This document shows positions 51,110 to 63,628 of a stretch of DNA of 64,000 nucleotides, piece after piece. The notes under the pieces are model-generated. The model was not told where the DNA came from. It did no database searches and saw only the letters and a list, made by a program, of their open reading frames with translations. The position numbers were made by a program, and so were the translations under genes. The stretch lies in assembly GCA_951406725.2 (NCBI GenBank), contig OX597819.1, forward strand, positions 38,378,001 through 38,442,000, read 5' to 3'. How positions within the stretch are numbered: the stretch's first letter is position 1; every line of letters begins with the position of its first letter. Source of the DNA: Octopus vulgaris. Lineage: Eukaryota.

Positions 51110-54100
51110 TTTATTGTATTTTTGCTGCCCGGTCCAGGAATCAAACCCACAATCATAAGGTTGTGAATTTGATTCCTGGACCAGAAAGTGCATTGTGTCC
51201 TTGAGCAAGGCACTTCATTTCACATTGCTCCAGTGTACTCAGCTGAAAATGAGTACCAACTGTTGCTTCAGCTCTTTCTCCTCCATCACCACCCACCCTC
51301 TAGCTGTCACATCCTGGATGTTTCACTGGGTCAAAGGTGAAAGGGTTCAGAGAGTGTCTGTCTATGCTTGTCCGCAACTACATAGATGTGTAAAAAAAAA
51401 AAAATGAGCAGAAGCACAACATGCGCTACTGTCAAGTTATGCTTTCTTGCATACAGCAATCATGGGATGGGGTTTAATATATATTTTCATTTTTTATTTT
51501 ATTTCATTTTAGAAAGACTTTGATGGGGACTATTTTCTCTCCCGATAACATTATCCAGAATATATTTCAAAAGAGAAGAGAATTCATGATTCGGGAAAAA
51601 TTTAACTTTAATTTCATTATTTACATTTACTCATTCTATCAAGTGTCAGTTTACAAAAGTTTTTTTTTTATATTTAACATGTCAAGACCCTCTTCTATGT
51701 TTTACTCTATTCTGGCTTCTTAAAAGAAATTTCAGATCCTTAACTTTTATCATATATATCATAACATTGATATGTTAATAGATAAAAATCAATGTATTGT
51801 GAAATCACATGTTACAAAAGGATTTGTAATTTATAATTTCACTATATTGATATTTTTTTTGTTATTTCTTTTATTTAGAAAGCTTTAAAAATTAGATAGT
51901 ATCATATTTTCAAAATTTGTTATAATTTATCTTAGAGAAATATAATAATGGATTCTTAAATTTACAATCATAGCAATATTCCATATGGAAGTAAAATTTT
52001 ATACTAATCATATTTACACTTCGAATTCACTGAGATTTAGTGATTAGTGAATATTTTCATAATTAAATACAGTAAACAAATATTTTTTTCTTGAAATCTG
52101 GGCCCAATCTAAAAGAGAAATTTAGAATTAAAGGAAATATATTTTAGTCTTATATAGCTTGAACTTGAAACATTAAAAAGAAACTTTCCAGATGTTATGT
52201 ATATAATTTTGTTAATGCCAATTGTCTGAATGAAATGATACTTACATAAAAAAAAAAAAAATTTATTTGGGGGAAAATGCATAGAAATAATAACAAAATT
52301 GGTGTTTATTTTTGTTGAAATCCATTTCTTTGCTTGCTAATCTGAATATTAAAAAAAACAACTTTTTCCTATATCATGAAACTATTCTATGAGACAGAAG
52401 AAAAAAAAAGTAATATTGTGTGATTTGTGATACTGGTGAATGCATAAATATATTTGCAAGAATATATGTTGCAAAACTCTGAATTCTAAATAGTTTTCTA
52501 TGAAATGGGATCTCTACTTATATGTAAATATTGGATATACCAGAAAGTTTCTTGATCTATGAAGCTATCGGTGTTGGTGCCCATTTCTGCATATAAAGGT
52601 AACACCTTTCTGGTTGTTTTTATCAGAGCACTACAAAGATTGTAATTCACTAAGTAGTCACACAAGCAGTTGTGGTGATGTCACATCTTGATCCCTGATA
52701 AAGGAGCAGTAAAAACTCCATAAAAATCAGGAACTCACAAAACATGCTCTGTAACTTGTAATATGTAATTGCTGTACAATGAAATGTTCTTTTATAATTT
52801 TCTTTTTTTTTTTCTATTAATGATAATCACACACCTTTTTTTGAAATCCTATTTTTAAGTTTAAAATTTTGTGTTCTTGTAGGAAAATTAACTTTATAAA
52901 ACAACAATATATATATATATTTTATTAATATAATGGGTATGCTTTTCAGAGTGCTGGACTACACAAGGTCAATGATTCAAACTTTGTCACAGTCGTTATG
53001 CAGTGCTTTAAAGGAAGACAATATTCTGTTGCCACAGTCTGTTAGGTTTTCATTGGGTCTACTTCCACCTTATAGTTGTTTGATTAGCACTAAGAAAACC
53101 ACAGATCTGTATTGGCCATTACTCCAGAAATATACAAATGTTGAAATTGCCATCTCAAATATGATTGCATGGAAAATGTATATAAAACTGTAAAAAAAAT
53201 GTTTTGTAAAAATGTTTTAAATTACCATTAGTTAGCATATATTCATTAAGATTTTTATAAAATTAAATTTACTGAGAAATGTTTAGTTCATCTTTATTAG
53301 TAATTAATAGCTTTTTGAAACCTGCTTATTTTATAAGATCTTGGTGCATAATGTTCAAGATTAATTAGAAATGTATGCTTCATTAAAGTCTATTATCTGA
53401 TACTAATTATTTTCAAGTTAAAAACTTCAGACTGGATTAGTTAATTGATATTCAGTAAATTTAATTACTTTGTTGTTAAATTTATCTCTCAAAAACAAGT
53501 AATATTTTGAGTATATTATATTAAATTAAATATTTAAATTTGCATCTTGTTTGAGAACTAAGATTGATTAAAGAAACAACAAGAGAAGCTTATATGCAGT
53601 TGCTCAACCTGCTAGAAATGGCTATCAAATCTCCTTAAATTTCCCTCTGAAGAAAACCTTACCTTCTTAAAACAAGAAGGGATAAATTGGATAACATAAG
53701 TCTGGATATATGAAAATTGTGATGGTCACAACTGGTACATCTATGATCATAGGTCTGCTCTGTCAGAATTGACTTATGGTTAAACAACAACTAGGATTGA
53801 GAGAATACATATTTTAAACAATGGTTAGAGACTGGTTACCTAAAATAAAGAATCCTAAAAATGTGTTCTCTTTTTTGGGGAATTCTCTATTGTATAGCTA
53901 TTGAATTCCAACTTTTCATAATTCATAAAATAAAATCAAGAACTTGGATTGGTTTAATCAACAGATACTAGTCTCTCATGAGATTTTCTTAAAGAGACCA
54001 CAGCTGAGAATCCCATGTTTACAGCATTATTTGCGTGTGCTTTAAAAGCAGACAAGGCTGTGATGCTATGCACACACACACACATACCATGCCACCACAT

Positions 54101-54254
54101 ATTTCTGTGAGAAGTGGCCCCAGTCATTATAACTTAGAAAGACATAATGATAGAACATTCCATAAATAACCTTATAAGTGACAAGGTTTGCAGTACATAC
54201 ATAACTGTGTCCAATGGAAGTCAATATAAGAAGATTGTATTCATATAAATATAA

Positions 54255-54516
54255 GTGGAGGCACATGGCCTAGTGGTTAGAGCAGCAGACTCGCGGACTG
54301 AGCAAAACACCTAAGCTCCACACGGCTCCAGCAGAAGGTAATAGCGAAACTTCTGCTGACTCTTTCGCCACAACTTTCTCTCACTCTTTCCTCCTGCATC
54401 TTGCAGCTCACCTGCAACAGACTGGCATCCCGTCCATGTGGGGAACCTATATGTCAAGAAACCGGGAAACCGGCCCATATGATCCAGGCATGGCTTGAGA
54501 AGGAACAAACAACAAA
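54255..54516 (+). mobile_element. tRNA-derived SINE, same family as 9799-10103, with the B-box region deleted
   Basis: TSD CATATAAATATAA at 54242-54254 and 54517-54529. Confidence 0.88.
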
Positions 54517-56079
54517 CATATAAATATAATGTTTGAAATTTATTTAAAAATATATTATGGAATTCAATTAAAACTGTAAACTTATTTTCTAAATTATTTC
54601 TAATTCACAAAAATATATTTTCATACATCCTAAAATCCAGATTTATTTTTGTACATGTTTAAAATCAGGACTCTTAATTAAAGAGCTGCTAAACATTTTC
54701 GTTAACATATTTCTAATGAAATGCGCTGTCTATTTATTTCGATTAAATTTGAAAATGATCAAGTATTTGGAAGGATTAAGTAAATTGACTAAAAACTACA
54801 TTATTGAGATGATGTTTGGAATATTACAAAAGGTTCTTTCATATAATTATGAAAGAACGATTAAATTTATAGATTTTTTTTTAGTTTAATATATGAATGT
54901 TATAAAACAAATTGCTTGTTATCATAAAACCAGTAATAACTTCAGGTGGTTGGTATCTCATGGGTTTACCTTTTCTAAACTATTGTTGGGTTAAAATTGA
55001 AATTCTTCAAAAATGAAAACACAGTTTAATATTGAAGTGTTTCATTGTAACAGCATTATATATTTAAAGAATATTTTCAGAAGCAATGTTTTCATAGCGA
55101 GTATATATGTTGTGTATTCTGAGTGGTCACTTGACAGAATTCATTATAAAGCAATAACTTTCACTTTCTCTGTTAAATATAACTTAGAAATTTTAACAGC
55201 ATGTAACCACAATTCATTAATCTCATGAACATTCAGGGTAAAAAAACACTGTTTGAATGCTTTGCCATTTGGAGAAAAAACACAGTTAATAGCTTCACCT
55301 TCCTAAAAGCATGTCACTTCGAGAAATGTTAGATAATATAATAGTTGCAAGCTTCTTATACTCAGTTCACTTAAATTCCAACATTTTACATTTCACAGTT
55401 TTTTTAGGGTGTGGGGTTGTCACAAAACCATGTTGTCCATTTATTTTTGCTTAGTTTCCTAATTCATAATTTTTGAGTATAATTGTATATTATTTAATTT
55501 TAATTAGCCATTAGTTTTGTGGCTTTTTTTTCCTCTCATTTAGCATTTTGATTCAATACACGGAACACACTTATATATGTCAATGCTTTTTGAGATCAAA
55601 TTTTAAAATCTGTAATTAGTGTGTGTTTGTCTAGATGCAAACATTACACCAGATATTTTTTTTTTAACTTATAAGATTTTGGCCCTAGGCAACATCTGAA
55701 GACTTAGAGTGTCTGAAATCCTAATTATAGATTTAAAAATTGATAACAAAATGTCAACCTATACATTAGTAAATAGAGAATTTTCACTTTAAAATTTAGG
55801 TCCTAAGTCTTATAATAACTCCTGTCACAACCTGGGACCTTGAAGACTGCTTAAATGCAATAAAGTATACTTGTCCCTTAATATTTGATATTCAATATTT
55901 CATCTGTTCAATAAGACAATCAATAATTCATTTCATTTTACTATATATACTATTTATACTATATATTCTATATTCTACATTAATATTATAAAGAATACAA
56001 ATAAAACATAAAAAACGGACAGAGTTGGAATTCCTTTGAATAATATATATCCCTCTATTCACAATCATACAACCACCTT

Positions 56080-56110
<31 letters not shown>

Positions 56111-56792
56111 GCATGAGAGAGAGAGAGAGAACATCTGGAGCTAATCTGCTATGAAATGTTCTGAAGTATAATTTGTTCATTATGTTGTGGCATAATTATA
56201 TTTGTATACATAGTAGTATGTATATCCATTTATATGTGTGACAGATGATGTAACATTATTTGTGTAACTAACATAGATTACGAAACAATTGTCAACATAA
56301 TAAACATTTATGCCTTTGCTTCACTTCTTTCATCTGATCAATGTTTATATATATATACATATACTACATACATGTATAGCCTCACACACACACAGAAACA
56401 CACATTCACATATAGGTATAAAAATATGATTGCACAATACATCTTTACATTAGTTACTATATACTGCTAATATATATATATATATATATATATATAAGGA
56501 CCTCGAACCCACAAGAGTAAACAAGAGAGACAGAGACAGGCAGAAACAAGGAAAATGCCACTTGTATTTGAACACTATACAAATATTCTTTTAAAAACCT
56601 TTTCTTTTAATTTTTCTAAATTTAATTATTTAATTGTTACAGTTGAAAAAGTCTCAATGACTGAAACCGGTACTGAAATGTTTTTTATAAAATTATTTTA
56701 GCATTTTCTATCTTGACTTTTTTTTTCCATATATACATGTTGTAATGTAATGGTTTCATGGATAACCACTTTCTAATTATGTTTCTTATTAG

Positions 56793-56960
56793 GAACGGTC
56801 AGAGCGAACAATACTGGAAGGTAACTTTGATCCTAAGAATTTCTTAGATCAAGTTCCTGATAAAGATCCTGCTGGGCGAATCATTCCTCCATGGAAACGG
56901 CATGTATTAGCACGGCAGATGGCAGAGAAGGCAAAATCTGAAGAAGAAGAAAAGAAGAGA
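56793..56960 (+). CDS. espn: espin/forked-like gene, actin-bundling module exon 1
   Basis: ttag acceptor and gtaaaa donor. 168 nt, phase 0-0. Reads ERSERTILEGNFDPKNFLDQVPDKDPAGRIIPPWKRHVLARQMAEKAKSEEEEKKR, resembling the espin forked-homology segment (P-x-x-D-x-x-G-R-x-I-P-x-W-K-R) plus a coiled coil. Confidence 0.92.
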
Positions 56961-57066
56961 GTAAAATAAGCTTTCAATACTCTGCATGCTTTTTTAATTC
57001 TTTCATGTATCATTTTTGGTTAAATATCTTAATGTCTGAGATGAGATATCAATATGATCTCTTTAT

Positions 57067-57296
57067 GGTGACGAACTGGCAGAAATGTTAGCACGCTGGG
57101 TGAAATGCGTAGCCGTATTTCGTCTGCCATTACGTTCTGAGTTCAAATTCCGCCAAGGTCGACTTTGCCTTTCATCCTTTCGGGGTCGATAAATAAAGTA
57201 CCAGTTTCGCACTGGGGTCGATGTAATCGACTTAATCCTTTTGTCTGTCCTTGTTTGTCCCCTCTATGTTTAGCCCCTTGTGGGTAATAAAGAAAC
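57067..57296 (+). mobile_element. SINE with GGTCGACTTTGCCTTTCATCCTTTCGGGGTCGATAAA core; further copies at about 15460, 40555, 47139, 47690 and 57317
   Basis: Multiple dispersed copies and B box GAGTTCAAATTCC. The core resembles a conserved metazoan SINE central domain. Confidence 0.85.
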
Positions 57297-57720
57297 AATT
57301 AATATGATCTTAAAGACAGTAAGTTGGCAGAATTGTTAGCATGCCAGGCAGTGTTTCGTGGCATATCATCCCTCTTTACATTCTGATTTCAAGTTCCACC
57401 CACCGAGGTCAACTTTGCTTTTCATCCTTTCAGAGACATTACATTAAGTACCAGTTGAACACTGGAGTCAGTGTAAACAACTAGCCACCTCCCTTAAAAT
57501 TCCGGGCCTTGTGCCTATAGTAGGAAGGATTATTAATATGATAATGATTTTTGCAGAGTATTATGCTCATCTGCAGAAACAACAAAAGGTTTGATGTTTA
57601 CATCTTCATAGCTGTATCATTATGAAGTTCTTAGAGCCATAGTAGAAAACACTAGCCCAAAGTGCCACTGTGAGTCACCTTTGAAAAGTGTCCTCAACTG
57701 TAGCCTCAGATTGACCAATA

Positions 57721-57938
57721 CCTATTTCTTTACTACCCACAAGGGGCCAAACACAGAGAGGACAAACAAAGACAGATACACAGATTAAGTCAATTATATC
57801 GACCCCAGTGTGTAACTGGTACTTATTTAATCAATGAAAGGCAAAGTTGACCTCGGCGGAATTTGAACTCAGAACGTAGCCGCAGACGAAATACCGCTAA
57901 GCATTTCGCCCGGCGTGCTAACGGTTCTCCCAGCTTGC
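57721..57938 (-). mobile_element. SINE, inverted copy of the 57067 subfamily
   Basis: Reverse complement similarity along its length, including the CCCCTTGTGGGTA.TAAAGAAA tail. Confidence 0.85.
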
Positions 57939-58855
57939 TGCATTCTGACTGACCAATACCTTGCAAGTAAAACTGAGTGGCAGAAACTGTGTGGAAGCCC
58001 ATCATATATTTTTATTTAAATATGTCAAGAAAATCCATCCTCCACAGCAGAAGTGTTAATGCTGCTCCTCTTGATAAAGAGGATTGGTTTGCAAGAAACC
58101 TGCACCAGAACCATGTAAAAAACATTTGTGCTAGTGCCATATAAATGTACACATGTCAATGCCATATTAAAAGTACCCAGCACACACTGTAAAGTGGCTG
58201 GTATTAGGGAGGGTATCCAGCCATAGAAACCAAGCCAAACCAGACTGGAACCTGGTACAGCACTCCAGCTTACCAGCTCTAGCCGAACCGTCCAACTCAT
58301 GCCAGCATGGAAAGCAGATGTTAAGTGATGATGATGTATGAATGTACATGTCTGTGTGTGTTTACATATCTGTGTATATATGTACATTTCTATATGTGTG
58401 TATTTGCATGTATATTAATATTACACAGCTTTGCTTTTCACTGCTGCCTAAGTGAAAATGTTATATGGTGTTTACATTCTTTGTTGATATTATGACCAGC
58501 CATTCTGTGCTTTCAAAGTCTAGTGGAATAAAAGATCCCTTACTAGAAAATCAGGCACAAAAGAACCACAAAAGGTGTAATCTACATGTAAAAATGCTGT
58601 CCCAAATAAATCCCTGTCCATGAAAACAGTGGGCATTAAACAAACACAGCTCATCAATCATTTTGACCTCCAATAGTCATTAGGTGTCTCATTCCTTTGT
58701 TTTTGTATCAGTGGCCAAGTGGGCAAGAGTGTTACTTCTCTTAATTTTAAATATATATCCTTAGTTCAAATCCAATCTGGTTCTATGAACATATCCAGGA
58801 ATAAGACATCTGATGACGATCAGAGCTGAAACTGATCAAAGTGTTGTGTACATGT

Positions 58856-59159
58856 GATCACGTGACCGACCAGGCTATCAGATGTTGTTACACATCGCCG
58901 GTCACAATGCACTTCGCATTGTTTTAGCCTTCAAATGACGCCACCCTGCTGTCTAAGCGAGCAGGCCAACAGAAGAAAGAGTGAGAGAAAGTTGCAGCGA
59001 AAGAGTACTGCAGGGATTGCCACCACCCCCTACTGGAGCGTCGTGGAGCTTTTTAGGTATTTTCGCTCAATAAGCACTCACAACGCCCAGTCTGGGAATC
59101 GAAACTGCAATCCTACGACTGCAAGTCTGCTGCCCTAATCACTGGGCCATTGCAACTCC
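58856..59159 (-). mobile_element. tRNA-derived SINE sharing head and core with the 9799 family but with a different 3' tail
   Basis: TSD TGTGTACATGT at 58845-58855 and 59160-59170; shared CAACTTTCTCTCACTCTTTC core. Confidence 0.85.
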
Positions 59160-59559
59160 TGTGTACATGTAAATATTGAAATATTTTTTATCTTTAAAGA
59201 TTTACATTAAATATTAATTGATATTTAGTTTAATTCATTTTTTGTTTCTTTTTTTCTTTACTGGTCTTAGTCATTGGGCTGCAACTATGATGGGGTAGTA
59301 CCTTGAAGGGTTTAGTGAATTGTATCAGGCCCTATACTTATTTCAGTCTATTTTTTAAAATTTATCAATCTGTAAAAGCATAGTTGTGGTTGTGTAGTTA
59401 AGTAGTCTGTTTCTTAAGAAGGCTGCTTCATCTATATTTCAATTTTTCTTTGCGACCACCAGATTAGAGTATGATATCCTGTTAAAGATATTCTCCAGGA
59501 GTCTCCACTTCACACCTCTCATGCCTCACTGTGACGAATTTGGGACCTGCACTGATGTT

Positions 59560-59617
<58 letters not shown>

Positions 59618-59676
59618 GTATATACATATATATATAAATACATATATATATGTGTATACATACATATATATATATA

Positions 59677-60608
59677 TCGTCATCCTCATCATCATCGTTT
59701 AATGTCCGCTTTCCATGCTAGCATGGGTTGGACGATTTGACAGGTCTGGCAAAACAGATGGCTGCACCAGACTCCAATCTGATCTGGCAGAGTTTCTACA
59801 GCTGGATGCCCTTCCTAACGCCAACCACTCCGAGAGTGTAATTGGTGCTTTTATGTGCCACCAGCACGAGAGCCGGTCATGCGGTACTGGCAACGGCCAC
59901 ACTCAAATGGTGCTTTTTATGTGCCACCTGCACAGGAGCCAGTCCAGCGGCACTGGCAACAACCTCACTCGAATGTTTTTCATGTGCTACCAGCACAAGT
60001 GCCAGTAATGCGACGCAGGTAATGATCACAAATGGTGCTTTTTACGTGCCATTGGCACAGAGGCCAGCTTTTTTCCCCCGGGCAATGATCCCACTCGTAT
60101 GGTACACTTAACGCTCCACTAGCACGGATGCCAGTCATTGAATTTGATTTCAATTTCACTTGCCTCAACAGGTCTTCGCAAGCAGAGTTTGGTGTCCAAT
60201 GAAGGTAAGGTACACATAAGTGGGCTGGTTACACCCCTGGCATAGGTCAAAAGATTATGGTCTCACTTGAGCTTGCCAAGTCTTCTCAAGCACAGCATAT
60301 TTCCAAAGGTCCCAGTCACTAGTCATTGCTTCGGTGAGGCCCAATGTTCGAAGGTCATGCTTCACCACCTCATCCCAGGTCTTCCTGGGTCTACCTCTTC
60401 CACGGGTTCCCTCAACCGCTAGGGTGTGGCACTTTTTCAGCTATCCACATTCATTCTTGCCACATGGTCATACCAGCGCAGTCGTCTATTTTGCACACCA
60501 CATCTGATGCTTCTTAGGTCCAACTTTTCTCTCACGGTATTAATACTCCGTCGAGTATGCACACTGATATTTCACATCCATCGGAGCATGCTGGCTTCAT
60601 TCCTTGCA
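59677..60608 (-). mobile_element. 5'-truncated RTE-clade LINE (ORF C-terminus about 60254-60608 plus 3' UTR and (GAT)n tail)
   Basis: Minus strand reads NEASMLRWM...RRLRWYDHVARM and, after a frameshift, GTRGRGRPRKTWDEVVKHDL...DLWKYAV. These are RTE C-terminal motifs. Confidence 0.88.
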
Positions 60609-60654
60609 GTAGTTCATATTATTCTTTTTATATAATTATAACAATTATACACAA

Positions 60655-60768
60655 ACATATATATATTTTTATATTTATATTTACATATATATATATGTAT
60701 ACATATATATATATATGTATACATATTCATATAGATACACATATATATGTATATATATGTATACATCA

Positions 60769-60806
<38 letters not shown>

Positions 60807-61611
60807 TGTATACATATTTATATGTATATATATGTATACATATATATACATATATATATATATGTATATATGTATACATATATATACATATATATGTATA
60901 TATACATATATATATATGTATATATATGTATACATATATATATGTCCCTGTCATTTTTCTCACCCTTCCTTAATTCTTCTGTCCCTCTGCCTCTCCCTCT
61001 CCCTCTTCTCTTCCCACGTGACCGGCATTCGGCCAAACCTGATCTTTCTTTCTTGGTCTGGCTGTTGTCTGTGCAACATCGATATTCCTCCCTGTGCCTA
61101 TGAAATCTTGCATCCCTACTGTAAGGCTTTATTTCCACACTTGCCAGCTTAATTTAATTCGTCCTTACTCATAAGACACCTACTATTATGTCTTGTTATT
61201 ATTTTTATTGTATTTGTGTAACATTGTCCGTTTTTTTCCGACCTTGTTTTTGTATACATTCACTACCTTCTTCCAAGGAATCTAATGCTCTTAGCTTAGT
61301 TTTCCTTTGGGGCTGGCCAGATTGGAGCAATCTGCCAAAAATTGTGAAGATAATCTGGAACTCAGCTGAGGAAAGGAAACATCGAATGACCCATCCTTGT
61401 ATTCTTTGTATCGTCTATCTGGATGTTTTGTTGTCTCATTTTTGTATCACCTAACTGTCCATATGTTTTGCATTCTTGTCCCATTTTGTATTTTATATAT
61501 ATATATATGTGTGTGTGTATACATATATATTTATATGTATATATATATATGTGTGTGTGTATACATATGTCTATATATATGTATACATATATATACATAT
61601 CTATCTATATA

Positions 61612-61662
<51 letters not shown>

Positions 61663-61815
61663 ATATACATAAATATATATATATAAGTATATATATATAT
61701 ATATATGTATATACATGTATATATATATATATATAAAAATATATATATATGTATGTATATTCATATATATATGTGTATATATGCATATATATATATATAT
61801 ATGTATATATATACA
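60655..61815. repeat. long compound (TA)/(TACA) microsatellites flanking an unclassified 550-bp insert (60943-61493)
   Basis: Directly visible; produces the spurious YI-rich ORFs. Confidence 0.9.
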
Positions 61816-61822
61816 AATATCG

Positions 61823-61867
61823 TTGGAAATGAGCTCTTATGCAGAAGAAATCAGCTGTAAACAAGTA
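61823..61867 (+). pseudogene. 45-bp decayed duplicate of the 3' half of exon 61968-62047
   Basis: Matches 62006-62050 with 2 mismatches, one turning CGA into TGA. Confidence 0.9.
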
Positions 61868-61967
61868 TATGTCATACATTTAATATTCAAGAACTTTGGT
61901 GTGTGATTGCTTAACCATTCTTTTGAGTCATTGTTACAGACTACTCACACCAAATTAGTTTTTTCAG

Positions 61968-62047
61968 CAGGCAGAAGAAGAAGCCCGTTTTAAAAATGTT
62001 CCTGCTTGGAAACGAGCTCTTATGCAGAAGAAATCAGCTGAAAACAA
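61968..62047 (+). CDS. espn: espin/forked-like gene, actin-bundling module exon 2
   Basis: ttttcag|cag acceptor and AA|gtaagc donor (phase 2). Reads [26 protein letters not shown], resembling espin EEEARL..MPAWRR. Confidence 0.9.
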
Positions 62048-62339
62048 GTAAGCATATACCATGGAAATAAAAAATCCCATGTCTGTTTCTTTAAAAGTTA
62101 ATAATTTTCTGTAAAGTAAAACGTGTGTAACAGAGTTCAGGAAATAAAATTCAACATAGACCTGCATTTTTCATCATATTCTATGTATATCATTGAGATC
62201 CTTGCTTTTATTTTCCTAGACAACAATGTTGGTTTCTTCTAGAGGATAAAAGCATTTTTTGTTGATTTAGTATAGTGTAACTAAATCAGATTAATCTAGT
62301 GTTTTATAGCATAATCTTTACCTTTGCTTCTAACCTTAA

Positions 62340-62547
62340 CCCCTCAGCTTTTAAACTGGCTATATCAGGCCTAAATATTTTCCCTGTTTTTATGTTCATA
62401 CCAGCCTCACACACCTAGCCTGTATTGACAAGCTCAAAATATACAATCACATCATCAAAATCTTGAAGCTACAAATTCATGCATGATTAATTCAAAACAA
62501 TGTGAATAAAGAAGCATTACATTTGACAATAATCTGAAGCTAAAGGG
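62340..62547. mobile_element. TTAA-flanked piggyBac-type MITE; older copy at about 23725-23948
   Basis: TTAA|CCCCTCAGC ... GCTAAAGGG|TTAA; internal similarity to the 23.7-kb copy. Confidence 0.7.
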
Positions 62548-63628
62548 TTAAATATTTACAGGAAGATGAAGCACATTTATTTACATATAACACATAGTTG
62601 TTTATTTAGTTTGGCATAGCAGTCTTATGATCAGTCATGTTCTGGTGATGACCACCTTATCTTTTTTTCAGGCATACTGTATCTAGAACTTCATTATCAA
62701 ATGTCCTTCTTTCCTTTCTGAATATAGTAGGGTGTGATACGAGGGAGATTTAGTTGCTATTGTTAGCAGCTCACAAAATCAATTTGAGGCAATCTTGTTG
62801 ATTTGTAGTAAAATACCTTGTGCTGAAATGAATTTATACTACTGATCCCCTCTGTAACTGTTATTAATCTCCATATAAAATTTACTGAAATTAAAGGAGC
62901 AATATGATTTTCAAGCACAATAAACAGCATTTCATTGTAAAAATTTGCTAGCTGGGTCTAGCAAAAGACCATCTCAGTTGTTAAAACTATTTTGAATGCA
63001 TCAGTTATGTAAAAGCAATATAATCTATAATAAGTACAGGTGTGAATAGACAGTCATTCATTTGGTTTCAAGTTCAGCCACATAGCACAGTACTTTATGC
63101 AAGTGTCTTCTACTACAGCCTCGGGCCAACCATTGCTTTGTGAGTGAATTTGGTTGATGGAATCTGTACAAAACCCGTTGTGTGTATGTGTGGGTGTCTC
63201 AAATAGCAGCCTTGTTGTATTTTGAGTCTGAATGATTGCCTAAAAATACACAGCACACTATACAAGCTTGTTCAACCATTGTATTTTCTGAAGCATGAAA
63301 TTTATTAGTAGCTCACATTTAAATCTTTTGGATATATTAAATGATATATGTATGTAAACATTTATATTCTGCACATTGTTTGAGATATCATTCAGCTATG
63401 GTGGGTAATGTTTGTAACATTTTCTTCTCAACAACTCATCCAATAGCTCAGTGCTTTTGAATGAAAACTCCCTTACTTAAAAGAGTTAGTGACCGGTAGA
63501 TCATTCATCTGTAAAACAACGTCTAAGCTATATGTATTTGTCTAACTCATAGTAGCTTGGAAAACACATGTAAAATTTCTCGAAACTAATATTAATTTTT
63601 TTTTTTTTTTTTGTGGTTGTCTTTTCAG

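Noticed and set aside
60557-61906. YI/YM-rich ORFs
   Set aside because: Produced by (TA)n/(TACA)n microsatellites.
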